54,713 nt of DNA. Source: Chthonomonadales bacterium. Lineage in GTDB: Bacteria; Armatimonadota; Chthonomonadetes; Chthonomonadales; CAJBBX01. The position numbers and the translations under genes are program-made. Numbering within the stretch: the first letter of the stretch is position 1; each line of letters begins with the position of its first letter. The stretch covers positions 7,613 through 62,325 of the forward strand of contig JBBIPC010000023.1 in assembly GCA_037443035.1 (NCBI GenBank), read 5' to 3'. The notes beneath the pieces were generated by a model. That model made no database searches. It was not told the origin of the DNA and saw only the letters and a list, made by a program, of their open reading frames with translations. Shown here piece after piece: positions 18,600 to 27,983 of this stretch.

Positions 18600-18959
18600 C
18601 TAGGGCTTGGCCTGCCTGCTCTGCTCGAGATACTCCTCGATGACCTTCGCGCGCCGCTTCTCAGCCTCGGCGAACTCCCGCTGGTGCTGCTCTTGGGCGC
18701 GGGCGATGGCGTCCTCGGTGAACTGAGGCGGCGGCCAGTTGGCAGGCTTTTCCCGCGGATGGGACCGGTAATACGCATCCATTTGTCGGAAGAGGGCGAC
18801 ATTCTCGGGATTCCGCGGGTCCAGGCTGAACACATCCGGACCTGGTGGTGCCATGAACATGCCACGGTAGAACCAGGCCGCAAGCCCGAGAACCACGATA
18901 ACGGCCACCACACCTACCCAGATCGGTATTTCTCGCTGTGGTCCAAGTTGCTTTCGCAT
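18600..18959 (-). CDS. Small single-TM hypothetical protein downstream of pilin-like gene
   Basis: Basic N-terminus then hydrophobic helix (IWVGVVAVIVVLGLAAWFY); co-directional with the pilin-like gene. Confidence 0.7.
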   Translation of the reverse strand: MRKQLGPQREIPIWVGVVAVIVVLGLAAWFYRGMFMAPPGPDVFSLDPRNPENVALFRQMDAYYRSHPREKPANWPPPQFTEDAIARAQEQHQREFAEAEKRRAKVIEEYLEQSRQAKP

Positions 18960-19035
18960 ACACGATGGCCTCGATCGGCAGACTGGGGGGAGGCACCTCC
19001 ACCTCGCGTGAATGCCTCCCCCAAGAAGATACGCG

Positions 19036-19899
19036 CTACGGCGTGGCCCACAAGGGCGCGAGGTACGCGGCCCACATATCGTTCGTGTCTTTCATCACGT
19101 TGAGATCGGTGCTGTACGGGCCCATGACCTGGCGCCGACTCATGGCCTTGGCGTGCCCATCACAGAAACCGACTGTGCCCATGCCGTTGTGACTCGTCGC
19201 AAGCGTGGCTGCGTGAATCGGCCACGTCCCGTCGGGCCCGGGCCCAGGCTCTCCGTCAATGAGCACGGACCAGTAGTGGTCGTTGGCCATGTTGACCGCG
19301 TTGAGCAAGCTCGGGATGTAGTGAGAATGGTTCCACGTATGCCCCATCGTCTTGTTCATCTTGCTGTGGTTCGGCGCTCCGTACCAGTCGAGATACCACG
19401 TGTCGAAGATCAGGATGGTGTTGGCCGGATTGCGCACATCCTTGTCTCCACGGGACGGTGCCCGGATCCCGAACGTGCGGAAGTAGCCATCCAGTGCCAG
19501 GAGGTTCGTGTTCGCACCGAAGGATCCCCAGTAAGAGTTGAGATAATCCGGGTAACCAAACGTCGGATCCGTGTAGGGCGGGTAGGGCTTCCGCGGCAGG
19601 TTCTTGCAGTGGAAGATGTCGAAGTTCTTCGTGTACGGACTGGTCACCTGCTGCCAGTAGTAGTAGGTGCCACTCGGGTCGGGGTAGTAGTCCATGCATT
19701 GTGGCCAGCACTCGTCGTAGTCCTGCTGGTACATGGCCAGACCCAGCAGGCTCTGTTTCATGTTGGAGATGCAGGCCGCCTTCCGTGCCTGTTCCCGTGC
19801 CTGCGCGAATACCGGGAACAGGATCGCCGCCAGAATCGCGATGATCGCGATGACGACGAGCAACTCGATGAGTGTGAAGCCGGTGCGCTTGCGTCCCAT
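19036..19899 (-). CDS. Prepilin-type N-terminal cleavage/methylation protein, DUF1559-like, with H-X9-DG motif
   Basis: [44 protein letters not shown]-terminal [22 protein letters not shown] 6 nt before ATG. Confidence 0.93.
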   Translation of the reverse strand: MGRKRTGFTLIELLVVIAIIAILAAILFPVFAQAREQARKAACISNMKQSLLGLAMYQQDYDECWPQCMDYYPDPSGTYYYWQQVTSPYTKNFDIFHCKNLPRKPYPPYTDPTFGYPDYLNSYWGSFGANTNLLALDGYFRTFGIRAPSRGDKDVRNPANTILIFDTWYLDWYGAPNHSKMNKTMGHTWNHSHYIPSLLNAVNMANDHYWSVLIDGEPGPGPDGTWPIHAATLATSHNGMGTVGFCDGHAKAMSRRQVMGPYSTDLNVMKDTNDMWAAYLAPLWATP

Positions 19900-19966
19900 G
19901 GACATTCCTCCCTTTCTTCGTGGATAGCCGGCAGACCCTGGTGGCGAGCCTAGCGCCACCGCGAAA

Positions 19967-21082
19967 CTATGGCTGCGCCCCGCATGAGCGACGTATGACG
20001 AGGCGAGTCGGCAAGAGCACCTTCCGCGGTTCCTTCCGTCCTGTTTCGAGACGCTCGGATAGCACGTGCAGTGCCGTTTCGCCAATGGATCGAAAAGGTT
20101 GATGAACCGTCGTAAGGGGCACCCGATAGTGCTGCGCCACTTCCATGTCGGCGAAGCTCACCACCGCAAGATCCTCCGGCACACGAACGCCCCGAGCCGA
20201 CATAGCCTCGATAATCTCGATGGCTACGTAATCGTTGACCGCCAGCAGCGCTGTGGGCCGCTCGGCCATGGACAGGAACGCGTCGGCCACTCTCATCCCC
20301 ACGTCCGCGCGTCCCTCCTCCACCACCTGAACGTAGCCGTCTGGAATACGGAGGCCGTGCTCCGCCATGACGTCTTGGTAGCCCTCCAACCGCCCGGAGG
20401 AGGTGCTGACCCTCAGCGAGTGAACGACGCAGCCGATCCGCCGATGGCCAAGCCTGATCAAGTGCCCTACCGCCTGCGCAGCGGCGGCCCTGTCGTCAAT
20501 GCCTACGAAGTCGGCGGCAAGACCCGGCACGTAGCGGTCCAGCATGACGACCGCGCGGCCCTCCGCAAGCATGCGCTCGAGCCACGGAATCGAAGCATCG
20601 CCCTCCTGCCACCAGATCATCAGGCCCGAAATGCCTTGCTCGTAAAGCGACTTCAGGTGCAGCAGCTCCTTGGCCTGCGCCTCGGCGAACGTCGTCCCCC
20701 CCGTGTCGCAGAGCAAGAGCTGGAAACGGTGGGCCAGCGCCGCTGTCGAGCAACCTGCCGCGATGGGGCTTGCCACGCTCGGCGTCAGTTGCGACGAAAT
20801 CAGCGCTACCGTCGTCAACCCCGACCCAGACACCTGACCACGGCCGTCATCGCCCACGACGAAGGTCCCCCGGCCGGGTTCCCGACGGACAAGGCCCCTC
20901 GACTGCAGCCGCTCCAGTGCGTTTCGCACGGTGATCCGGCTGACACCGAACTCCTCTGTCAGCTCGCGCTCGGCGGGCAACGCGCTGCCAGGCGGGTACG
21001 TACCGTCGCTGATCCTTGCCTCGAGAAGCTGCAAGATACTCTCCGTCTTCGTCTGTCCCATCTCCGCCTGCAACGGCATCAT
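19967..21082 (-). CDS. GntR-family regulator with LacI-type sugar-binding domain (AraR-like)
   Basis: [28 protein letters not shown] w[41 protein letters not shown]; exact start uncertain. Confidence 0.93.
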   Translation of the reverse strand: MMPLQAEMGQTKTESILQLLEARISDGTYPPGSALPAERELTEEFGVSRITVRNALERLQSRGLVRREPGRGTFVVGDDGRGQVSGSGLTTVALISSQLTPSVASPIAAGCSTAALAHRFQLLLCDTGGTTFAEAQAKELLHLKSLYEQGISGLMIWWQEGDASIPWLERMLAEGRAVVMLDRYVPGLAADFVGIDDRAAAAQAVGHLIRLGHRRIGCVVHSLRVSTSSGRLEGYQDVMAEHGLRIPDGYVQVVEEGRADVGMRVADAFLSMAERPTALLAVNDYVAIEIIEAMSARGVRVPEDLAVVSFADMEVAQHYRVPLTTVHQPFRSIGETALHVLSERLETGRKEPRKVLLPTRLVIRRSCGAQP

Positions 21083-21090
21083 CCTCCGTC

Positions 21091-21135
21091 TGGTATGATA
21101 CTGGTATTATACCATACGTCTATGACATACTGCAA
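21091..21135 (-). promoter_or_regulatory. GntR-type palindromic operator overlapping the regulator's own promoter
   Basis: TGGTATGATAC-TG-GTATTATACCA inverted repeat (21091-21114); minus-strand TTGCAG-18 nt-TATAAT with extended -10 (TGGTATAAT). Confidence 0.7.
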
Positions 21136-21218
21136 TACTGGTCTCGTGATTCTCTGGGACAAGGTGATTCGTCCGTCGTGAGCGAACTACCGCAACGAAA
21201 GCCGGGAGGTACTTTCCA

Positions 21219-23156
21219 GTGATCGGGTGTCTGTCAGCCTTGGTCGTCCTCTACGAGACGTTGATTCCGGCAACGGCGGATGGCGCCGCTAAGCGCACAT
21301 ACCGATATTGGCCGCGCTTCCCACGGCCCCGGACCGTTCTCACCGTCGGCCAGGTGCCATCCGTGCCTGAAGCATTCCTCCTGCAGTCCGCATCGGGCCT
21401 GGCTGCCCGAGCAGCATTGCACGGAGCCAACCGGGAAATGGTCTGGTATCCCATCGGCCATCCAGCCTACGTCGAATGGCAGCGGCGCATGCTCGCGCAG
21501 ACCAAGCCCAGGCTTGTCGAGTTGAAGGATGTCTGGGCGATTGTGGATCGCTTGCGCCAGAGAGGCATCGTCAAGGGCTATGTACTCTTCCGCCAGGACA
21601 CCTATCCCCGAGCCTTCCACGAGCGCAAGGAATACGATCCATCCGCCAACGTGGCAACCGTGCTGGCGGGCCAGCTGGGTGGCGTGCTGGTGGCACAGGA
21701 ACTGGAGGCGAAGGCGAAGGAGCTAGGACTGCCCCTTCTCGCCGATGCGCGCGGCGTGACCGAGGAAGAGTGCTTCGCGAAATGGGCAGCCAAGTGCAGC
21801 GACCGCGTACTGGCCATGCTGGATCCCAAGGCTGCGCATTGTAGGGCCGAGGCCATCGCCTTGGACGCGTTCGTCCTTGCCACCTACGGCCCTACCCTCG
21901 ACCGTGCTCTCGAACGTCTGAAACCTGACAGTCCCGTCCTCGGCTGGGGCATGGGAGATGAATACCGTTTGACGGAGCCGATATCCCGCTGGGCCGCCTG
22001 GCAATCGGCAACGAACTGGTGCCTGAACCTCCCCATCCTCTCCACCGAACAGGTCGGCCAGACAATTCCGACGAGCTCCGTCCGCGTCCGGAACCGACAC
22101 ACTATCTGGGATCTCCAGTGGCGGGACGATCGCCACTACGCATCGTTTCTCATGACGGACGGCGACAATGTCCAGTGGCTCATGGGCGACTTTCAGTTCG
22201 ACGGCGAACGGTCCTGGTGGAACAGTCGAGCGCGTGGCCAGTTCCCCATGGGCTGGGGCACCTGCGTGGCCGACCTGGCTCAACTGTGCCCATACGCTCT
22301 CCAGCGGCTGGTAGAGACTGCGACGCCCAATGACGATCTCCTGCTCATGGGCGGTGGTTACTACTATCCAGATCTCTTCGGCGCAGCACGGGAAGATCCC
22401 AACGCATTGCGGCTCCATGCCCGCCGCATCCGTGGTTACATGGCCATGACGGGCATCCGCGTGCTGCACATGAACGCATCGATCTGGGACTCCCCCGACG
22501 CCATCCGTGCCTACACCATTCTCGCCGAGGAGATACCAGAGCTAGAAGGCATCTTCATGGTGCAATACGCACCGTACACGGCAGGCAAAGGACGGGTTAT
22601 CTGGGTCAAGCGGCGCGACGGAACGGAAATGCCGGTGGTCGCAGCGCGGTTCGCCATCTGGGCGCATTCCCCGTTTCCCGACGACGGTCCGCCAGCCGAG
22701 GTCGCAAAGAGGCTCAACGCCATGTCGCCTGTGGGACACGATGCTAGCGAGATGGGATTCTCCTGGGTGACAGTTCATTGCTGGTCATGGTTCCAGGATG
22801 TACCAGACACTGCCGCCGAGGACGCCGAGGAAGTAGACCAGACCAAGGCCCGTGAGCTAGGAGCGAAGCGTGGTCTCGAGCCAGTTGGCTGGTGCATCCG
22901 GCGGCTGGAGCCGCACGTGCAGGTCGTCAGCCCCACCGACATGATACTCCTCATGAACGTCCGTCTCCGACCCCGGCAGACGATCGAGCGTGCGCTCGAT
23001 GACCTCGAAACTCGGATCCGGCAGTTACCTCCAACCCGTAGGGGCTTGGCAGACCAGCATATGCGGACGGCGCGAGGTTTCCTCGTGAACGGTCGGTACA
23101 GAGAAGCCTTTCAGGCAGGACAGCAAGCCGCGGCGCTGCTCCGTCCCGCGCCGTGA
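21219..23156 (+). CDS. GxGYxYP family putative glycoside hydrolase/deacetylase-like protein
   Basis: SFLMTDGDNVQW, RGQFPMGW, GGGYYYP, VTVHCWS; GGGAGGT before GTG; signal-like N-terminus. Confidence 0.85.
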   Translation: MIGCLSALVVLYETLIPATADGAAKRTYRYWPRFPRPRTVLTVGQVPSVPEAFLLQSASGLAARAALHGANREMVWYPIGHPAYVEWQRRMLAQTKPRLVELKDVWAIVDRLRQRGIVKGYVLFRQDTYPRAFHERKEYDPSANVATVLAGQLGGVLVAQELEAKAKELGLPLLADARGVTEEECFAKWAAKCSDRVLAMLDPKAAHCRAEAIALDAFVLATYGPTLDRALERLKPDSPVLGWGMGDEYRLTEPISRWAAWQSATNWCLNLPILSTEQVGQTIPTSSVRVRNRHTIWDLQWRDDRHYASFLMTDGDNVQWLMGDFQFDGERSWWNSRARGQFPMGWGTCVADLAQLCPYALQRLVETATPNDDLLLMGGGYYYPDLFGAAREDPNALRLHARRIRGYMAMTGIRVLHMNASIWDSPDAIRAYTILAEEIPELEGIFMVQYAPYTAGKGRVIWVKRRDGTEMPVVAARFAIWAHSPFPDDGPPAEVAKRLNAMSPVGHDASEMGFSWVTVHCWSWFQDVPDTAAEDAEEVDQTKARELGAKRGLEPVGWCIRRLEPHVQVVSPTDMILLMNVRLRPRQTIERALDDLETRIRQLPPTRRGLADQHMRTARGFLVNGRYREAFQAGQQAAALLRPAP

Positions 23157-23270
23157 TGGGAACGCGCGTTCGACTCGGCGTCGTTGTCATTAGCCGGCCC
23201 GCGAGTGACTCCAGGCTTGCCGGTTTCGTGCGACTCCGTCGCGACTACCGTCAACCCTCAGGACCCGCCC

Positions 23271-25184
23271 ATGCATTCTAGGGCTCTGGATTACCCGATC
23301 CGGGGTGTCACGCCTCGAGCTCTTCTCATTGGCCTAGCGCTCATCCCCTTCAATGTCTACTGGGTCCTAGCTGCGGAACTCCGCTGGTATCTCATCCTGA
23401 CGCTCAATCCCCTGTTCGTGACTCCCATCTTCTACCTGTTCATGCTGGTCTGTCTCAACGTGGCCATACGCAAGGTGGCTCCAACCAGGGTTCTGTCCCG
23501 CGGCGAGATGGTCACCATCTACGCCATGCTCGTCATGTCCTGTACCGTTGCCACCCACGACTTCATCATCAACCTCATGTCCACCATGCCTTGGCCGCGA
23601 TGGTTCGCCAGCCCGGCCAACAACTGGGAGAACACCATCTTCCAGTACCTGCCCAAGTGGCTGTTCGTGTGGGACAAGGACCTAGTAGCTGGCGCCATGA
23701 AGGGGAACGCCAATCTGTACCGCCGCGACGTGATCCTCATGTGGCTCAGGCCCCTAGCCCTCTGGTCGGTGTTCATTCTCGCCATCGGCTGGACCATGCT
23801 CTGCCTCAACGTGCTCCTGCGCCGGGCATGGATAGACGAGACGCGCCTGGCATTCCCTATCGTCCGGCTCCCGCTCGTGCTCACGGAGACCCGGTCCGAA
23901 GGTATTACGCTTCGTTCCCAAGCATTGTGGGTGGGCTTCGCCGCAGCTGCTGGACTGGACCTCCTCAACGGCCTCCAGCTCTGGTTTCCATCGTTGCCCC
24001 ATTTCACCACTCGGGCACAACCTCTCCAGTTCCCGACACCGCCATGGAACGCTACGTGGCCCATGTTCATCACGTGGTATCCCTTCGCCATCGGCCTGGC
24101 TTTCCTAGTCCCGCTGGATGTCTCGTTCTCGTGCTGGTTCTTCTACCTTTTCGTCAAGCTCCAGGCGGTTCTGGGCAGCATGTACGGCTACGGCAACGTG
24201 CCAGATTTCCCCTACGTGAGCGAACAGGGCATAGGAGCTTGGTATGCCTTCGGTCTCGCGCTCCTCTATGGACTGCGAGGACATTTGGCGAAGGTGGCGC
24301 GCACGGCCTTCTCGCGCGAACGAACGACGGACCAGAACGAGCCACTTTCCTACCGAGTGGCCCTTGTAGGTCTGCTCGCTGGCTGTGCGGTGTTCGTCGT
24401 GTTCTGGTACGTGGCCGGCATGAACATTCTATGGGTGCTGGTCGTCCTGTTCACGTACTTGCTCCTGGCCATGAGCATTACCCGGGCCAGGGCCGAAGCT
24501 GGCGGACAGCACACTGTCTGGGACCTGGAGCCAATGCGGCTCGCCAGATTGTTCGACTCCCGCATGATCGGTCCCACGACGCTAGCGACCGCTGCAATCA
24601 GTCACTGGTACTGGCGTCTCAACCGTAGCCACGTCATGCCCAGTCAGTTGGAAATGATGAAACTTGCGCAGGACCACGGCATGAAGCTCCGATCGCTGGT
24701 ACTGCCCATGCTCGTAGCCTTCGCGCTGGCCACGGCGTGCGGAATGTGGGCCTGCCTGCACATCTTCTACACCGAAGGAGCCTCCGCCAAGTGCCAGGGG
24801 TTTGCCCTCTGGACCGGGGTGGAGACGTTCGACTGGCTCAATACATCGGTGACGAGTGGCTTCCGCGCTGAGCTCGGCCGCTGGTGGGCCATCGGAGGCT
24901 CGGCCCTGTTCGTCGTATTCCTCGCTTGGATGCGCACCCGGTTCGCGGGCTTCCCCTTGCATCCGCTCGGCTATTGCATCGGCCCGGGCCTTCTTTGGTT
25001 GTGGTGCCCCTTCTTCGTAGCCTGGCTGTGCAAGTTCGTCATCCTCCGCTACGGCGGCCTCAGGCTCTATCGCCGGACGCTTCCCTTCTTCCTGGGTCTG
25101 GTCCTCGGCGACTACACCATGGGCGCCATCTGGTCCCTCATCGGCGTCTTCGGCAATGTCCCTTCCTACAACATCTTCCATTAG
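23271..25184 (+). CDS. Multi-TM DUF6785/DUF6784-like putative (OPT-like) transporter
   Basis: More than 15 hydrophobic segments; W..E.RLAFPIVRLP, PLDVSFSCWFFYL, RARAEAG, FPLHPLGY, ILRYGGLRLYRR..PFFLGLVLGD. Confidence 0.8.
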   Translation: MHSRALDYPIRGVTPRALLIGLALIPFNVYWVLAAELRWYLILTLNPLFVTPIFYLFMLVCLNVAIRKVAPTRVLSRGEMVTIYAMLVMSCTVATHDFIINLMSTMPWPRWFASPANNWENTIFQYLPKWLFVWDKDLVAGAMKGNANLYRRDVILMWLRPLALWSVFILAIGWTMLCLNVLLRRAWIDETRLAFPIVRLPLVLTETRSEGITLRSQALWVGFAAAAGLDLLNGLQLWFPSLPHFTTRAQPLQFPTPPWNATWPMFITWYPFAIGLAFLVPLDVSFSCWFFYLFVKLQAVLGSMYGYGNVPDFPYVSEQGIGAWYAFGLALLYGLRGHLAKVARTAFSRERTTDQNEPLSYRVALVGLLAGCAVFVVFWYVAGMNILWVLVVLFTYLLLAMSITRARAEAGGQHTVWDLEPMRLARLFDSRMIGPTTLATAAISHWYWRLNRSHVMPSQLEMMKLAQDHGMKLRSLVLPMLVAFALATACGMWACLHIFYTEGASAKCQGFALWTGVETFDWLNTSVTSGFRAELGRWWAIGGSALFVVFLAWMRTRFAGFPLHPLGYCIGPGLLWLWCPFFVAWLCKFVILRYGGLRLYRRTLPFFLGLVLGDYTMGAIWSLIGVFGNVPSYNIFH

Positions 25185-25196
25185 GAGCTACTGCCC

Positions 25197-26273
25197 ATGA
25201 CAGGCGACACCATGACACCTCGAGAGCGCGTGCTCGCGGCCATTCGCTTCCAGGGACCCGACCGCGTCCCCTTCCAACACGCCGTCTTCCCGGGCGCTCT
25301 CTGGAACCACGGACGTGCCCTGGTAGACTTTCTCAACCAGTTTCCAGACGATATCTCTGGTTCACGCTTCGAGATCCCTCCCGAACCCGAAGCACCAGGC
25401 GGTATCGAGGAATACCGAGACGAATGGGGAAGCCTGTGGCGCCGGCGCAAGGGTTACACCACGGGCGAAGTGGTCGAGCCAGCCTTGCGTACATGGGACG
25501 AGTGGCCTAGCTACGCTCTGCCAGCTCCGCCTCCGCCTCAGCATTTCGAGGAACTCCGTGACAGGATTCGGAGCTCGCCTCGGGATCGCATCGCGTCCAT
25601 GGGTGGAGGAAACCTCTTCGAGCGCATGCAGTTCCTGCGCGGCACAGAGAATCTGTTCCTCGATCTTGCAGAGGACCGATCGGAGGTCCACGAACTGGCC
25701 GATGCCATCGTCGAGTACTACATGGCCTTCATCGAAGGTGGACTGCTTGCCGACGTGGATGTCTTCTGGTTCGGCGACGACTGGGGCACGCAGAACCGCC
25801 TGCTCATCCACCCCCAGACCTGGCGCCGGTTCTTCAAACCCCGCTACAGACGCCTCATGGATCCTATCCGCAACGAGGGCAAGGAGATCGTCTTCCATAC
25901 GGACGGCTGGACGGTGGAGATATGGGACGACCTCATCGAGCTCGGAGTCACCGTCCTGAACCCGCAGCATCCCCTCATGCCGCGTCAACTTCTCGAGGAG
26001 AAGCTAGCGGGTTGCGTCTGCATACGGTCCGATCTGGACCGCCAGCATATCATCCCCTTCGGCACGCCCGATGACGTTCGCGAGCACGTCAAGGATACGA
26101 TCGCCCTCTTCGGACGCTTCGACGGTGGTCTCATTCTCCATGGTGAGGTCGGCCCGGAAGTGCCCCTGGAGAACGTCATGGCTCTGGTGCAAGCCTTCTG
26201 CGACTACGGCCGCTACCCGCTAGACTGGCTCGATTGCTGGGACGCACGGCGAGGCCAGACGGGCGCGGTCTAG
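25197..26273 (+). CDS. Uroporphyrinogen decarboxylase (URO-D)/MtaA-CmuA superfamily protein
   Basis: MTPRERVLAAIRFQGPDRVP, DEWG, LRGTENLFLDL, GDDWGTQ, FHTDG, GTPDDVREHV, VPLENV. Confidence 0.88.
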   Translation: MTGDTMTPRERVLAAIRFQGPDRVPFQHAVFPGALWNHGRALVDFLNQFPDDISGSRFEIPPEPEAPGGIEEYRDEWGSLWRRRKGYTTGEVVEPALRTWDEWPSYALPAPPPPQHFEELRDRIRSSPRDRIASMGGGNLFERMQFLRGTENLFLDLAEDRSEVHELADAIVEYYMAFIEGGLLADVDVFWFGDDWGTQNRLLIHPQTWRRFFKPRYRRLMDPIRNEGKEIVFHTDGWTVEIWDDLIELGVTVLNPQHPLMPRQLLEEKLAGCVCIRSDLDRQHIIPFGTPDDVREHVKDTIALFGRFDGGLILHGEVGPEVPLENVMALVQAFCDYGRYPLDWLDCWDARRGQTGAV

Positions 26274-27946
26274 CGAGCGTGGCCTGTGCGCCGCACCTTG
26301 ACGTACATGACCCCGGTACGTCCCGAGGAACCCATCATCCATGCGTGCAGGCGGGCAGGGCCGCGAGGTAGCTTCACATTGCTGAAGGTTACCATCCGAG
26401 CACCCGCCCGTACCTTTCTCGCTGCCAGCATCCGCTCGCGCTGGGTATCGCCCGGCTGAGGAGCCACGCTCGTGGCGTGGTTCCCTTCGACGGGCTCGAT
26501 CTCGACGCCCGCCTCCACCGCCTCGAACTGGGTCCACAGCCGGAGGGAGACGTCATAGGTGCCCGTCTCGGAGACCTCGACCTCCCAGTATCCTTCACCC
26601 GTCTCCGTCCACGAAGCCTTCGGACCACGCCAGTCCTGGCGGCTGAGCGTTACTGGATTCTCGCACCGAGAACCGAGGACGATCCTGGGTGGCTCGTACC
26701 CGCGCGTGGCCGATACGTCAGCGAACCATTTCTCGTACCGCTCACGAAGCGCGTGCACTACCTCGGGCCGGCCCGTGCTAACGTCTGTGGTCTCCCCAGG
26801 ATCAGCGGCCAGATCGTACAGCTCCGTGCCATTGACAAGCTTGTACCGTTCGGTGAGAACACAACAATCGCGCCATGCTTGGGGCACATCCCCACGGTGC
26901 CACTGGAAGAAGAGCGCTCGATCCGGGTTCGCTGGCTCCAGGCCGCGCAGAACGGGCACTAGGCTCACTCCATCTAGCCGCACACCCTTGGGCGACGCCA
27001 CACCCGCGAGATCCAGCAAGGTCGGCACGACGTCAACATTCGCTCCCATGCTTTCCACCAACCTTGGCTCGAGGTGACCCGTCCACCGCAAGAAGAACGG
27101 CACGCGTATGCCGCCTTCGTAGACGCTCCCCTTCAATCCGCGCAGGCCGGCATTGTACCGGGGTTGCTGAGGGCCATTGTCCCCCATGAAAATGACGATG
27201 GTGTCGTTCTCCAGTCCCAGATCCCGAATCCTGTCCAGAACACGTCCCACGTTGGTGTCTATGTTCTCCACCATGCCGTAGACGCGGGCCGTCGTCTCGT
27301 CGAGTCCAGCGTCAGCGTAGGGCTTCCAGAGCGCGTCGGACACCTGCAGAGGCACGTGCGGCGTGACCGGCGCGAGATACACGAAAAACGGCCGACGCCG
27401 GTTCCGTTCCATGAACCGCAGCGCCGCATCGGTGATGACGTCCGTGCAGTAGCCCTTCGTCCTCACCGCACGGCCGTTGCGATACAGAATGGGGTCGAAG
27501 TAGCTGTTTCCTTCGGGATCGGAGGGCTGGGTGATCCCACCTCCCTTGTTGACGAGTGTCTCCTGAAAGCCCTGGTCCTGCGGGCGCATGGGATAGTTGT
27601 CACCAAGATGCCACTTGCCGAAAATGCCCGTGGTGTATCCTGCTTGGCTCAGCATCTCCGCCAGCGTCACTTCGTCCGGATGCATCATGGACCGGCCCAG
27701 GTAGGTATCCACCACGCCGGTCCTGTAGTTCCACCGCCCCGTCATCAATCCAGCGCGGGTCGGCGAGCACACCGGGCAGACGTAGAAACGGCTGAAGCGG
27801 ACGCTCTCGCGAGCTAGGCTATCGAGCCTCGGTGTCCGGATGCGGTCGTTGCCGTGGATGCCCACATCGCCGTAGCCTTGGTCGTCGGTGATGATCAGGA
27901 CGATGTTGGGCTGCCTCGGCGGCATATCACACGGTTGAGGCATCAT
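26270..27946 (-). CDS. Arylsulfatase (formylglycine-dependent, Cys-type)
   Basis: PNIVLIITDDQGYGD, CSPTRAGLMTGR, GKWHLG, GDNG, KGSVYEGGIRVP; no obvious signal peptide. Confidence 0.95.
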   Translation of the reverse strand: MMPQPCDMPPRQPNIVLIITDDQGYGDVGIHGNDRIRTPRLDSLARESVRFSRFYVCPVCSPTRAGLMTGRWNYRTGVVDTYLGRSMMHPDEVTLAEMLSQAGYTTGIFGKWHLGDNYPMRPQDQGFQETLVNKGGGITQPSDPEGNSYFDPILYRNGRAVRTKGYCTDVITDAALRFMERNRRRPFFVYLAPVTPHVPLQVSDALWKPYADAGLDETTARVYGMVENIDTNVGRVLDRIRDLGLENDTIVIFMGDNGPQQPRYNAGLRGLKGSVYEGGIRVPFFLRWTGHLEPRLVESMGANVDVVPTLLDLAGVASPKGVRLDGVSLVPVLRGLEPANPDRALFFQWHRGDVPQAWRDCCVLTERYKLVNGTELYDLAADPGETTDVSTGRPEVVHALRERYEKWFADVSATRGYEPPRIVLGSRCENPVTLSRQDWRGPKASWTETGEGYWEVEVSETGTYDVSLRLWTQFEAVEAGVEIEPVEGNHATSVAPQPGDTQRERMLAARKVRAGARMVTFSNVKLPRGPARLHAWMMGSSGRTGVMYVKVRRTGHAR

Positions 27947-27983
27947 CGTCACTGCTCCTCTCCCGACGCCACTCCCACGGTTC

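Noticed and set aside
17185..18603. 472-aa alternative-frame ORF (and similar long shadow ORFs, e.g. 9561-10796, 10633-11868, 20066-21181, 37106-38248)
   Set aside because: They overlap well-supported genes, have low-information Arg/Pro/Ala-rich or antisense-shadow composition, lack motifs, and are expected at this GC content
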